Assembly (NCBI GenBank): GCA_008632985.1
Contig: QPGO01000156.1
Location: 62,001-126,000 of the forward strand
Source: Psammoneis japonica
Taxonomy: Eukaryota
DNA length: 64,000 nt
Reading direction: 5' to 3'
The notes under the pieces were generated by a model. That model was not told where the DNA came from. It saw only the letters and a program-made list of their open reading frames with translations, and searched no databases. Within the stretch, counting starts at the first letter, position 1; each line of letters begins with the position of its first letter. The translations under genes and the position numbers were made by a program. Positions 11,201-24,450 of this stretch are shown in pieces.

Positions 11201-13833
11201 CATCAACCTGTTTGTTGCTGCGTGCCTGTGGCGGAGTTCCCACACAAAAAGAAGTGCACAGGCCGTTGGCTCGGAGTAGCTGACAACTGCACTGACGACA
11301 TGGCATTCATCATTTTGCCCGAATCGGACAAACCCATCATTCGGAAGGATGCATGGGCTGTGCCGGAGGATGACCTTAAAACTCCAGCAATCCAGATGGA
11401 TCTTGCATCGGTCGATCAAGCTTTGATCGAACGGCTTAGCATCCCGGAAAAGGATGCCAGTGCTGACTTCCCTGAACTCCCTGACGACTTCATGGACGAA
11501 TGGGACGATGCCGTTGAACCCGTGGAACCCAATGCTTCCAAACCGGAAGCTGATGAGTGTGCCCCGGAAGGGCCAGATGAGCATCTCACAGCTCAAGTCA
11601 TGTTGCCACGAGGAGGCGAGCTGACTCATGCTAGGGTCATTGCACGCAAGCGAGGTGGCGACGGGGTTCCTGTTGGTGCTAGGAACGACAACCCTGTCCT
11701 AGACTCAAGGACATATGACGTGGAATTCCCTGATGGATCCACTGATTCCCACACTGCTGACGTCATTGCAGAGAACCTGTTCGCTCAGATCGACTCTGAA
11801 GGGAATGCCTGCCAGATCATGAAGGAGACAGTCGATCACCGACGTGATGCCCGTGCCGCAACGGCCGATGACGGGTGCATGACGACTGAGACTGGCAGGC
11901 GTGCTCCTAGGAGGACGACTGCAGGCTGGGACCTGCAAGTCAAATGGAAGGATGGGACTGCATCCTGGGTTCCTCTCAAGGATTTGAAGGAGTCCAATCC
12001 AGTCGAGGTTGCTGAGTGCGCTGCAGCGAACAAAGCAGCCAGTGAACCAGCCTTCAACTGGTGGGTCCGAGACGTCTTGCGTCGCAGATCAAGGATCCTG
12101 AAGAAAGTCAAGTCACGTCACTGGAAACGCACGCATGAGTTCGGAATTGAACTCCCAAAATCTGTCAAGGAAGCCATGGAAATAGATGACAGAATGGGGA
12201 CCGACTTCTGGTTCAAGGCCATTGAGAAGGAAATGCGCAACGTCATGCCTGCGCTCGAATTCCGCGATGACGACACTGTGCCGGTCGGGCACAAACATGT
12301 TGATTGTCACATGATTTTTGACATCAAGAGCACCCTCCAACGTAAAGCGAGGTTCGTGGCCGGAGGCCATCAAACCGATCCACCCAAGGAATCGACCCAT
12401 TCCAGCGTGGTGTCGCATGACAGCGTTGGGACAGCATTCACCACACAGCAGCTCTGAATGACCTGGAGGTCCTGAGCGCTGATGTTCAGAATGCCTGCTT
12501 GAATGCACACACTGAGGAAAAGTGTTGCACCACTGCTGGCCTGGAACTTGGGAAGCAGAGCAAGGGAAGGCTGGTGATCATTGTCCGTGCCTTGCATGGT
12601 CTCAAGTCTTCAGGTGCAAGATTTAGGGAACATGTGGCAGCTGCTCTGCGGGATGCTGGGTTCGAGTCTTGCAAGGCTGACCCGGATGTCTGGATGCAGG
12701 CTGCGGTTAAGCCGGATGGCTTCAAGTGCTGGGAACATGTGCTTGTCTATGTGGACGACTTGTTGTGCGTCTCCCATGATCCTCAGAAGGTCATGGATTG
12801 CATGAGCTCTGGGTGCACGCTCAAGGACGGAAGTGTCTGCGAACTGGAAGAGTGCTCAGGCGCCCAGATCAGAAAGTGCCAGCTGTCTGACTCGGACAGC
12901 AAGACACGCTGGGCTGTGTCCTCTGACCTTTGTGTCAAAAGGGCATCAGCTGACGTTGAATTAGAGCTTAAGAAAACTGATGGGCGTCTTCCGACGAAGG
13001 CGTCGACGCCCTTGAGCTTGGGATGCAGGCCTGAACTGGACGGTTCACCTGAGTTGAACGCCAAAACGGCTGACTGCCATCAAGGCCTCATTGGTGTGCT
13101 GTGGTGGGCAGTTGAACTGGGGTGAGTGGACATTTTTGTCGCTGTCTTGCTCATGTCCTCCTGCTTGGCAGCACCACGAGTTGGACACCTGGACGAGGTG
13201 CTCCATGTCTTTGCATGCTTGAAGGCTCGCTCTGTGTCTGCGCCAGTGTTCGACGACACTGAGCCCGTCTTTGACGAGAGTCACTTTGCCAAGTGTGATT
13301 GGGAAGAATGTCACCCTGGCGCGGCTGAACCAATGCCACCGAACATGCCAGAGGCACGCGGGAATGGCGTGGCTGCTGCTTGCTTTGTCGATGCTGATCA
13401 TGCCGGATGCCGTGTGACGCGCAGGTCCCACACTGGGATCCTGACATTTGTCCAACGAGCGCCCATCTTGCATTGCTCTAAGCAGCAGAATGCCGTAGAG
13501 TCCTCTGCTTTTGGGTCGGAGTTCGTGGCTATGAAGACTGCAGTGGAGCAAATCAAAGCCTTGCGTTGCAAGCTTCGGATGCTCGGAATCCCCATGGATG
13601 GGGCCACTGACGTTTTCTGTGACAATGAAGCTGTCTTCAAGAACTCAACTAAACCAGAGTCCACTTTGAAGAAGAAGCATAATGCAATTGCCTGTCACAG
13701 GACTCGTGAGGCACAAGCCGCTGGAACAGTGTGCATTGCTTGGGAAGATGGATGCACGAATCTAGCGGACGTGCTAACTGAGTTGTTGCCTGGACCGAAG
13801 CTCCGGGAAATCACAAGTCACATCCTGTGGTGA
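8204..13833 (+). pseudogene. Copia gag-pol polyprotein, disrupted
   Basis: Protease DLDSHANTCAVG; integrase PHSPWQNPAE; RT KARFVAGGH, ALHGLKSSGA, YVDDLL; RNase H DADHAG...RRSHTG, FCDN; stops or frameshifts at ~8681, ~10145, ~12445 and 13123 (CGA>TGA). Confidence 0.92.
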
Positions 13834-13971
13834 GTCCCAAAAGGGGACAAACCGAACAGGTTTGCCACGCAGGTGCGGCTTTTCCCACCCCCAAAACAAA
13901 AGCACCACCCTGGAACAGGGCAGCATCAGGTTGCACTTGTCTGTCGATCTGGCCCGAGCGGAGCCAGTGTC

Positions 13972-13984
13972 AGTTCAAGGGGAC
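13972..13984 (+). other. Polypurine tract
   Basis: AGTTCAAGGGGAC immediately before the 3' LTR. Confidence 0.65.
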
Positions 13985-14168
13985 TGAACAAATGCTGACA
14001 TGCTGTCACGAATGTAGGCAGTTCATGTGCTGTTGGCGATTGGTCCACTGTCGCTTGTTCAGTGGCCCCAGCAGCACAACATCTCACAATTCTAGAACCT
14101 GTTGATGCTGTTCAACACTCTGTCTTGTCTTGCACCCAATTCTCAGCTGTCATGGCAGCATTTGTTCA
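13985..14168 (+). repeat. 3' LTR
   Basis: Same length as the 5' LTR; TGAACAAATGCT...AGCATTTGTTCA. Confidence 0.95.
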
Positions 14169-15724
14169 CTTCAGAAATCAGCGGTTTCCTGCCTGTGTGC
14201 CTGCCTGCCATGCCGTGCCGTGCATCTGCCATGCCATGCAACCACAGGCTCAGTTGCAATGCAACAGCAGTTTGCAGAGCCATGACCTGCCACGGTGTGT
14301 GGCAGTTGCCATCTGCCATCTTTTCATGGCTGACATGAGAGGGAGACCTGAGCATCATCAATGCGCAGCAGCAGTGCTGTGCTTGATTTTCCTCATTCAA
14401 GGAGGCTGAAGGAGAGACTGAGCTCCTGAGACGTCACTGGCGCACACAACATTTCCTGGCTGGGAAAATGAGTGTCCTGCAACCCACCACACCTGGTGGC
14501 TGCCCAAGTTGTGGTCATTGCTTCAGTGGATGACAGGCACTGGGGCAGAAACACATGGCAGAAAAATGGCCAAAAAGCCACCTTGGTGGTTGTGTTCTGC
14601 ATTTTCTGAGTTGGACCCTGCCAAGCTGAGAGCACAGCATAAAAAAATGAGTTGTCACACACATGTGGACAAACTTTTTTTCACATTTAGCAGTGTTCTG
14701 TGGCATGTGTTTTGTTCAAGTTGGGTGGCAAGAAAGGAGAATGAGCTGAAAAAAGGTTGATGATCTTCCAGAGATGAAGTTTGCAAACATGGCCAAAGGG
14801 CAACAGAGCCGCCATCCTCTCTTTGGCACTCTGACCAACCTGGTGGAGACATTGTTGACTTCATGCCATCAGACAACTGCACAGAGGTTGAGTTGTGAAG
14901 AGCCAGCTTCTTCGTTGACATTGTGGTGGGTCTGAATGTGTGGCCCACACAGCCCGCATTTGCCAATGTCATGGCAACTCTTGGAGGACTGCTTGCTTGC
15001 AGGCAAGGAGTTGAGGCTTTGCCACACTGTTTGAGAGGGATTTTTTGACAAGTTTGCTGCTGACAAAGCCAAGTGCTGTGGTGGGTGTGTCAATTTCCAC
15101 GTGAAACTGATGGAAGGGCTTGATGTGCAGCATCCAAATGCTGTGAAAGTCACCAGTGGCAAGGCCACCTCTGCCAACTTGCACCAGTCAAGTGGCCAGC
15201 TCAAAACTCAGCCAATCATCACATCAATGTTTTGAAATGGGAGCTGCACAATCAAAAAATTGTTTCCCTGTCATGTTTGCAAAATGTTGGTTGCACAAGG
15301 CTGCAGCAGCAGAGCATCAAAACAACTGCAAAAACTGGGACATGTTTCTGCATGTCTGGGTGGACATCCTGGCAACATTGTGAACATGATGGCACTCAAG
15401 AATGTTCATGCCAGGAAAGAGATCCTGACTGCCAGAGCCTTCCCATGTTTTGCCACCATGGTGGTTGTGTCATGACAGAAAAAAATGTCTTTGTCCCCAC
15501 TGGAGATTCTTTCTCTTTACCTGAAAAACAACAATTTTTCTCATTCACCACATGGCAGCCCCGTGCAATGTTGGCAGCCTTCAGAGGCTCTGCGGCTGCA
15601 CATCCAGCACTTGGTGCATTCCTCACAGCATCATGACAGCCCCACAGAGTGCTTGATGTGCAGCATTGGCCTCTCACAAGGCTCTCAAATCTGCCAGCTG
15701 GTCTGTGCTGCACCGCCACATGTC

Positions 15725-18700
15725 CATCTGGGACACCAACAATCTGGGTGTTGCACCTGCCATCAAGAATTTTTGAATTGCAGCCAGGCAACTTCTCTGT
15801 TTAATCCAAGATTGTGCTGATTTGTCAAATCTACATTTGTGAAATGTTCAAGAACAAACATCTTCATTCCCAAAGTCAATGAATTTCTCTCCACTGCATG
15901 GAAAAAACTGCGGTGCAGTTTGTGCTCATGTTGAGTCCTGAATGAAGTGCAACCCACTTTCCCCAATTCAAAACTCTGCAGTCATGTGTGAGGTTAGATT
16001 CGTCTTTGCTTCAATTTTTTGGCTCCCTGTCCATGCCATTCTTTGTTTTTGTGCAATGCCCCCCATGTTGCTCTTCTTCATTTGCCCCCAGCTTGCAACC
16101 CTGCTTTTCACCATGTGATTGCTGTGCCACGTGATTGATGTTTGCCTTCAATGCATTCCTTCCATCACATTGTCATCTTGACATTTCTCCAACATGCTTC
16201 ATTGATGCAGTCTGATGGTCTTGTTTGTCCCTGGTGCAAATGTTCTGGGTTCAGTTCCAAGCATGATCTTAGTCAGAGCACATTGCTGCCCCAACTGTCT
16301 CCTTTTCATTGGTCTGACCAAGTCTTTCAGTTGTCTGTTGTGGACATTGTGGTTTTGACTCAGAAAACCAGGTGCAGTGTCTCCTTTCCCATCACTGCAC
16401 CACTTCCACTGTTCTCCCTTTGCCAAGAACATGGCAGCATTCAAGAACTGAAACATCCTCCCTGTCTGGTCAGACATTGTTGGTTTCTTTGCTTGCTTCC
16501 TTGGGATGCTGACTCTGTTGCCTCTCTTGGGTCCAATGCCAATGGACCAAAATGTCCCCATTGCCAAGTTCCCTTTTTCAACATTGCCCCGCACATCCAG
16601 AATTGTGCACCCTGCTGCGAGAAGAAGGAAGCATCCCTTTGATGCTCTGCTGCTGCTTCAAATGCTGTCAATTCATTTTTCCCTCCAGATGATGACACAT
16701 TTGGTGACAATGATGATGACTCCATGTTTGGTTTTGCTGATGACAAACCCCAGCCCCTCCCTGCCTAAAGTCCATTTGAACCCAGATCCACCTCCTCCTG
16801 CACACTCTGACAATGCTTCTCCTGTCAGCTCCCCCGTGTGCACCCACCCTGTCAAATGCTCTGGTTGCTTGCATGCCGCTGCCAATGCAGCCACTGTGAT
16901 TGATCACCGATTTGTCTCATTTGCCAATGATGGTGTGTCTGCCCTCAGAGAGGACAGTTCTGTGGATGTTTCCAAGACCATTGCAGCTGATTCTCGATGG
17001 CACTTTGGGCCCTCCCTTGATGTCATGTCCAGCAGAAGACACAGCGCTGCTCCTCTCCTGTCTGTGTTGACTCAGCTGCAGTTTCCTCATTTGATCCCAA
17101 AACTTCACTGGGGCTGGCATGCAACCTGCCCCTGATGAGAACTTTGATGTCCCTCCAGTCCACTCACCCAGCACTGTGCTCATAATTTGGCTGCTGCCTC
17201 TCTGTCTTTGGTCAGGTGTTGCAATTGACTTGATCAACAAAGTTGTGAGAATGGCCCATGAAGAGCATGCAGAGAAAAGATTGGATTTGCCACAAAACAT
17301 CACATCAAGTGCAATCACAATGGTTTCCCACAGACACTTGTTTGTCAACATCTCCTCCAGGCAATTCTGTGTTGTGTTGTTGATGAATGGCATCCATCCA
17401 TTGCAGCTGTTAAAAAAAATCTTTGTGTCAACTTCATGACAGCACAAACTGCGCACTGCATCATTTTTGTCAAGAAAGGACCTGTTGGTCAAAGTGGGGT
17501 GCCTTTCTGCTGTGTTGGGAAAAATGCCAGTGCACCACACACCACCCAGCTGGTGCCAAGGACAATGCAGCTCACAGCACTGTGGGCCTGACAGGTGGGA
17601 AAAAGCAGACAACAAGCAATCACCAAACCAGCACAACCACCACCAGCATCAATGAAACTGAAAATGCTGTTGGACCAACTGCCCAACATGCAGGGATGGG
17701 TGGCCCAAAACCTTGGCACCAAAGTCAAAATTCACTGTCTCTCCATGTGATTCAGCACCGCCACCAGCAACACAACCAAATTGATGCTCGATCTCAGGCA
17801 TGTGATGATGGCAGCAGAGGGAACATGCACTCCAGTGATTGTGGCAGTTCAATGCAACCAGCACATCCACTCAACACCCATGTCAATTTCAACAACATGA
17901 TGGGAAACAGATTGTGTGTGAGTTCATGGTGAAGCGGGCTGGTGAATTGTGTGTGAACACACATCATTTGGATTTGTGATGATTCCATTTGGGCAAGAAC
18001 AGTGAGACAGCAGTTGGAGATGCAAGCATTGCATTTTATGGGATGAATGAGATTGTGGTGCATTGGCAGCAGAGGAGGGCATCAGAAATGAGGAGGAAAC
18101 AACCAACTTGGTTGTCAACAAAATTTTACAAGAAAAGTTGCAGAATTTGCTTAAATCAATGCAGAGCACACACTGGCACATGTGAATGGCTTGCATTGGA
18201 GCACAATTTCAAAACAGTGAAAGGTTTTGAAAATTTCAAATGTCAAGTTAGAAATGTGCTCACAAATCTGACACAGAGACCTGTTTGAATGAATCTGGGA
18301 AAAGTGAGCAATTGCAAAACAGAGAAAATCACTTGCAAAGTGCACTCATTTCATGACTTCTCATGTCACAAACTAGACGGAACACAGAAAACAGTGCAAC
18401 ACAAGAGCTGCCTGTTGGAACAGGAAAAAAGATGGAGAAGACAGTTGCCACAGGAGTGACAATGCAAGATGGTGGGAGCATGATAATGTCATGTGGCACA
18501 AGTTGGGTTGAAGAGGGCAGGACAAAGAATGACAGTTGCACCAAACAAGTTGCAGCCGGCCATTTTGGCATGCTTTGCAGTTGCCATGAGTCCTGTGGCA
18601 GTGGGATTGCTCAATGCACAAACAAACGAGTGCAGGGAATTAAGCCAATTCCAGTTTGCAGGCAGGGACTCAAGTTCTGTTGTGACACCTGCGGAGGGAT

Positions 18701-20131
18701 GTCATGCAATGGATCAAGCTCCAGCAGTTGAGAGAAATTGGCAGGGTCCATGTTGATGAAGGTGGTCAATGAAAGTGTGCAGCCACATCACAAGTTCACA
18801 AACTTTGACAGAGAACTTGCAGTGGGAGGAGAGCACATGAAAATGGTTCTGCAGGAGTCAGGAGCATGGCATCTGCACCAGATGCATTCTCCGATGCATG
18901 CAAAGATGCAATCAGAAAAAACCTCAACCACAAAAGGAACAATGCACAGGACAACACAAGGAGGAGGATGACAGGTGAGCAACACAGTGCAGGCATTCAG
19001 CAGTTGTAGATGGGATTGTCTGACGGCCAAGTGTGAACTCCATTGTTTTCATCAATGCAGTTGCTGCTTTAGAGGGGTTCTTGCTGGATGAGTGTGAAGA
19101 CTTGAACAAGGGCAGGGGTGACAAAGACATGTGCACGTGGTTCTTGGAAATGGTGGTGCCAACTGTGGTGGGCTGAGTGCAGTTTGGCAGCAGAAGCACA
19201 ACCAATTTGCTGCAAGAGTGGCTCACTGTGTCATTGGAGGCCTTTGCTCTGCTGGTGTGCTTAAACTGCTGTGACAAGGTGGCTGACATGGCAGAAAAAT
19301 TGGAGAAGGATGACAACATTGCAAGGCACAGAAAGCTGATGGTGGAAGATGCTGCATCTGCAAAGTGCACGGTGATGGCAAAGGGGGAATCAGCTGAGAG
19401 GAACCAAGGATGGAGCAAGGAGTGGATCAAGAAGCACAATGAACTGTGCAAGTGGGTGAAGAAAGACCAAGAGGAGAATGAAGGATTTGGTGCATGGTTC
19501 AAGGAATGGAGGTGAGAGAAGGTGAACTTGTCCAAGGATGCAGAAAAGAAACACAAGAGAGAGAGAGAGAGGAGAAAAGGCAGGAGAGAGAGGATGGATG
19601 GGCCACGCCAATTGGAGAGGACCTGCCCTTGCAGCCAGTGGCTGCTGGCAATGACACAGAAGCAATTGCGTCCATGTGGCAAAAAACCAAACTGGTGCGT
19701 GAATGTAAATTGCAGCAAACAACAAAATCCAGAACACAGCAAAAACAAAGAGGCAAACTGCAAGGCAATTGTTGGTCAAGAAAAAATGGCAGTTGCAACA
19801 TTTGCTTTTAAAACAAGAACAGTGCAAAGAGACAAAATGCACAAGGATGTTGCAGGCAAAGATGGTGGATCACATGTGGCAAGAGTTGTGATGAAGGAAT
19901 GAGGAACAGCAAATGTCAGAAAGGGTTGAGATTAAAATTGTGGGCAGGAACATTCACACTTCAAAGTGGGGCACAAATTCAAATCAAGAAGCTCACAAAC
20001 TCAATTGGTTCTGAATGCACTGACATTGCAAGGAAGACTTGGCTCTCAAGCTCACAACATTCTGGGATTGCAGTCGAGAAACACCCAGATTTTGACAGGT
20101 GGTCAGACCCAGATTGTTGGTGTCCCAGATG
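15725..20131 (+). mobile_element. Degenerate TIR DNA transposon (~4.4 kb), possibly CMC/EnSpm-Plavaka-like
   Basis: 25-bp perfect inverted repeats CATCTGGGACACCAACAATCTGGGT at 15725-15749 and 20107-20131; TC on both outer sides (possible 2-bp TSD); CPWC zinc-finger-like remnant near 16230; accessory ORF at 19177-19515. Superfamily is inferred. Confidence 0.65.
19177..19515 (+). pseudogene. Transposon accessory ORF remnant, related to 1514-2125
   Basis: TVSLEAFALLVCLN...KCT...GWSKEWIKKHNELCKWVKKD. Confidence 0.55.
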
Positions 20132-20199
20132 TCCATCAAGAAGACTTCAACAAAGTGAACCACAGATGCTCTCAAATTCAAAAGGCATGTTGATGCAAG

Positions 20200-23100
20200 G
20201 CAAACAATGGTGGTGACAGCAACATCATTGTCAACATTTGATGACAGCACAGTTTTTGCCAGCATCTGGCAGCCTTGAGGCCAGCATTTGACTTGAAAAA
20301 CATTGTTGTTGTGTGCAGTGCACTTGCACATCCATTGGAGGCTGTGGCCCACAGCTCTGCTGCCAAACCCACTGTGTGAGCCAGCAGTTGGATGCAATTG
20401 ATGATGTTTTGTCCAGTGCATATGGCACATTGTGGAGAAGGGGGGGGGGGGGGGGGGCACTCCAATTGACAACATTGCAGCCAGCAAATGGAAGCTTGTT
20501 GCGGAGCCACCAACATCCAGCCAGCTGCAATGCCACCAACCACTTGGCACATTGTGTTTTTGAGTGACATTCTCTGGGCACCTGAGCAGAGGCAAGGAGC
20601 TGGCATTTGCTTGTGATTGAACCTTCAACTTCTGCTTTGCTTGCAGACATCAAGAAATGGCTGACAATGCCTGGCTTGTTCACTCCCACCAGTCTCTTCA
20701 GCATTGAGTTGTGGGCAAACCAGCTCATTGCCAGCTTTGGATGGTCCCTTGCTGAGCATGCCCAAAGTCAGCAGTCTCCAGCCTGGGCAGATCAGGCAGC
20801 AGACAGGTTCAAAAGCCATCTGACTGCAACAAGTTGACACCAAGCAGTGTCTCTGAGGAGCCATTGGTTGTCCCAGCTTTTCTGAAGGTTTCAAGGCTGC
20901 AGAGTTTCAGAGTTTCTTGGTTTGGGTGGTGAATGGCATGGAGGCAAGGGTTGCTGCACAGCCTTGATCCACTTGCCAAACTCTGTGATGCTGTGCATGG
21001 CTGCTTGGTGCAAAAATTTCATGCCCAGGTTCTCAAGTTTCTTGGTGGTCACAAACCTGAGCATCATTGATGTTGTGTGCCCATGTGTCAACACAGGTGT
21101 CCAGAGTTGCCAGGGGCACCAGCTGAGCTTCAGCCCTGCAAAGCCCTTCTTTTAGACAGACTGGGGTGAAGAAAGCTTTGTCAATGTCAGGGGCAGTGGC
21201 AGAGACTCAGGAGCAATGACACAGCTGCTGCTGCTGGTGGTGGCAGATCTTGAGCCACAGGTGCAGCTCAGTGGTCATTGGTTGTTTCAAAATGAACATC
21301 AGGTGCAGGAGGGTTGAAGGCAGTCCAGACATGATTGCTCATGCCTGTTCCATGTCTTTTGACCAGCCAAGGAACAGGGTCCAGGATGCAGACTGGACAA
21401 CATTCCCACTCTGGTGTGCACACATCACAAAAGCAATTCTGGGCAAGGCTGACCCAACAACAATGTCCACATGGGGGAATGCCCTTCCTTGCACACTTGG
21501 TGTCATCTCAAAAAAGTGAGTGCAAGGCATGAGGAAACACCACCACAGGCAACAGGCATGTGCGCCAACATCACTCTTGCCATGTTGGAGACCAAATTGA
21601 TGCTGTGTTCAGCTGCCCCATTCTGATGGTGAGCATTTGTGCCACAGAACTGGCTGGAAGCATTGCTCTTGTTGTCATGCTGTGTGTTCTTGCACAGCAG
21701 CTCTGGCCTTGAAAGTGCCACCATCCACCACACAAAAAATTGTGAGACAATGCTGTGGTCAAGCAGATGTTTCCCAAACATGCGTGTTTGGCTCTGATGG
21801 CTTCCACAGCCAAACACCAAGTTGGCACCCAATGTGGAGACACCCAGAGGCATGTCCCACAAAAAACCTCATTTGATCTGCTGGGTGGGGAGCTTTGCTT
21901 CAGGAGTTGTGGGCACACCTGAGAAGATGGGCTCAAAGCTGACAGCCTGACCAGAGCAGAGATGGTTGGCTTTCAGAGCTCCACCTTGCTCAGGGGCTGT
22001 GGAGTGCCAGGCAGAGCTGAGGGAACAGAGATGGCCTTTTGCATGCTCGCCTGCACATTGAATTTGGGTGGCAGGAAGGAGTCAGCACAGATCAAGCCTT
22101 GGATGAATGCAAGTGCAGATGATGACCAAAACACAAGTGTGCCACTCCAAAACAAGCTTTTTCCCAGTGGCAAGGTTTTGATTGTTTTTGTTGAGTGCTG
22201 CAGGATTTCAACTTGGAAAGTGGGCTCAACACCATGTGAGATGGCATCAGCAACCATGCTTGCTGTGCACAACATGCTCCCCCCCCCCCCAACCAAACAG
22301 CAGCTGGGGTGTTGGGAGATGTTTCCCAGCTTTGTTGGGAATGTGGTGTGTGCACAGCTTTGACAACAAGCATGAAGCCTCCTGTTGGTGCATTGTGGAA
22401 CACTCAGGAGTTTGGGGGGTTCCCAGACCAGCAACAGCCAAGCCATTTGTCATGCCACCAAGCTTGAGGGGCTTTTCAAGGACCATTGCTGCAGGTCCTG
22501 TGAAGTCACCCACATGTCACCAGCAAAAACTGGCAAGGCTCCAGTGTTGCATGTGACCACAAGGCAGTCATGTGCAAGACTCAACAAGCTTTGAAGGTCA
22601 GCAGCAAAGATGCTCAAGTGGGTGTTGCCAAACAGTGCCTGTGCAGAGGCGAGGCTTGGATGCACAGCAGTCACATCTGCAGCCTCTTGAAGGGGCTTTT
22701 CAGGATCTTGCCAGGTGGCAGGAGTGTGTCAACAAAGTCAAGGTTGACAGACAACTCATTGAAACAAAAACAGTCTGGTGGCACTGTCTCTTTGATGAAC
22801 TCAAAGCAGCAGTTTGGACTTGCTTGCAAGGCAATGACAGACCAGTGGCAAGTCTTTTCTGAATTACAGGCATGTTGGTCAAGAAGTTAAAATCTTCAAG
22901 AATGGCTGAGCTGCAACGACATGCATGCTGACAGCATTCAGCATCCCAGGGTGGCCAGAGCTTCTCACTGAGGCAGTGGTGGTCAGGATTGTGCAGCAAG
23001 CACTTGTTGCCCTTGACCTTGTTGCACCATGCAAACTGCCACAATCTGGCTCAATCATGTCATCCAACTGTTCCACAGTCAAGAAGACTTGGGAGCTTGC

Positions 23101-24450
23101 ATGTGCCAGCCAGCTGGCTGGACAAATGGCAGGTGGTGGGTGTCCAGACCATGGCAGCACTGGACAAGACCACTCACATGGATGGAAGGCTGGGCGTGGT
23201 TGGGATGACAGCTTTGTGGCACATGCAATGGGGAGTGGGTGGAGCAGTGCAAAACAAATGCATGGAGCCATTTCTCAGAACTCCAGAAAGCAGCAAGGCA
23301 GAAGCCTGAAGTTTCTGTGTCCATTTGACACTTGACACTCAACAAAAGTTTGGGTTTCAGGGACACAAGCTCACAACAATGACAGTGGATGACGCTTCTT
23401 GGAGGCAAGAAGCTTTTTTCAGAACCTTAAGAAGCCACATCTCTTGCTGCAGCCGCAAGACATGAAAGACATCTGGGTGCTTAATTTCATGTGCAGAGTG
23501 CAGGCCAAAAACAACTCAATGGCTTGTGCCTCAGTGTCAAAAGTTGAAAGAGCATCAGAGAAAGTGGAATTTGTTTTTCTGGACCAGACATCTCTGCCAG
23601 GACAGGAGGCATGGGTTTGACCATGACAGCTGCCCTCTTGATGGCTGACACAGCAGGACTGAAAGTGACAGAAGTGTCCACAGGGGCAGCAACCAAAGAC
23701 TCTTTAACAGGAACACACACCACATGACACAGAAAAGACACTCATCAGGGTTTGAAGCCCTTTGCTGTGGGAGGCCAAAGGGAACACATGAAACATGATC
23801 AGCAAAGTGGTGCAGAGAGGCTGGCACCAAAGCCCCAGAATTAGACTTGGAAGGTTGTTTGCCTTGTCAATGTGCTTGATTTGCACCATTTCCAGACTGT
23901 GCCAGCCCCTTTTGCTGTTGGTGTGAGCATCACAAACATTGACAAAATGCCCAGCAGGCTTGGAAGGTTCAGCTTGTGTGTCAGCAGCTTGGGTGGTCTT
24001 CCTCTGGTCTGCTTTGCACACTGTTTCTTGTGTGCAGGAGAAGTGAGGAGCTTCGTGCAGCCAGCTGCACCCCAACCATGAAGATGCTGCTTGGTGATGC
24101 CAAAGCTCTTGTGAGAGCAAAACCCAGCTGAGGCAGTTTTGATGCCAAGGTGGGGCAATTCTCATTGCCAATGAGCTTGCCATGGGTTTCTTTTGGCAAC
24201 AAGGCCAACGGCACCACCAGGACTGAGATCTGAGCAGTCAGAACACTTGGGGATGACCTCAGCTGGGTTGGATGTCACTTCCCTTCCAACTGCTTGACAA
24301 GGTCCAACTTGAGATAAAAGTCTGGTGGCTCTTAAAGAAGAGCTCAGAGGATGCTTTGGACACCTTGGGTGAAATGGCAGAGCCTGTCTCAGATGGCAGC
24401 ACATGATCCATCTGTGCACAATGTTGGCTGGATGCAGAGCTTTGGTTGTG
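20200..24450 (-). mobile_element. Second, heavily decayed Ty1/copia relic; boundaries approximate
   Basis: Minus-strand remnants in copia order: protease-like NTGA...GDFTGP...LGGMTNGLAVAGLG (~22400-22560), GAG-pre-integrase KLVLEWH..FGH (~22120-22170), integrase FCGTNAHHQNGAAE...VSNMARVML (~21570-21650). Confidence 0.7.

Larger units (their letters stand above)
7474..14168 (+). mobile_element. Full-length Ty1/copia (CoDi-like) LTR retrotransposon, mutationally inactivated
   Basis: Two 184-bp LTRs, PBS-like site, PPT, gag-PR-INT-RT-RNaseH order; CTTC flanks both ends (7470-7473, 14169-14172). Confidence 0.95.

Noticed and set aside
8204..13833. Alternative genetic code, or ADAR/RT-stage editing
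   Set aside because: Host genes use Tyr normally; changes are strand-symmetric, differ between the LTRs and also affect a TIR element and flanking DNA
20438..20458. Long poly-G run (also poly-C near 22280)
   Set aside because: Homopolymers in decayed TE sequence; length unreliable and no functional evidence
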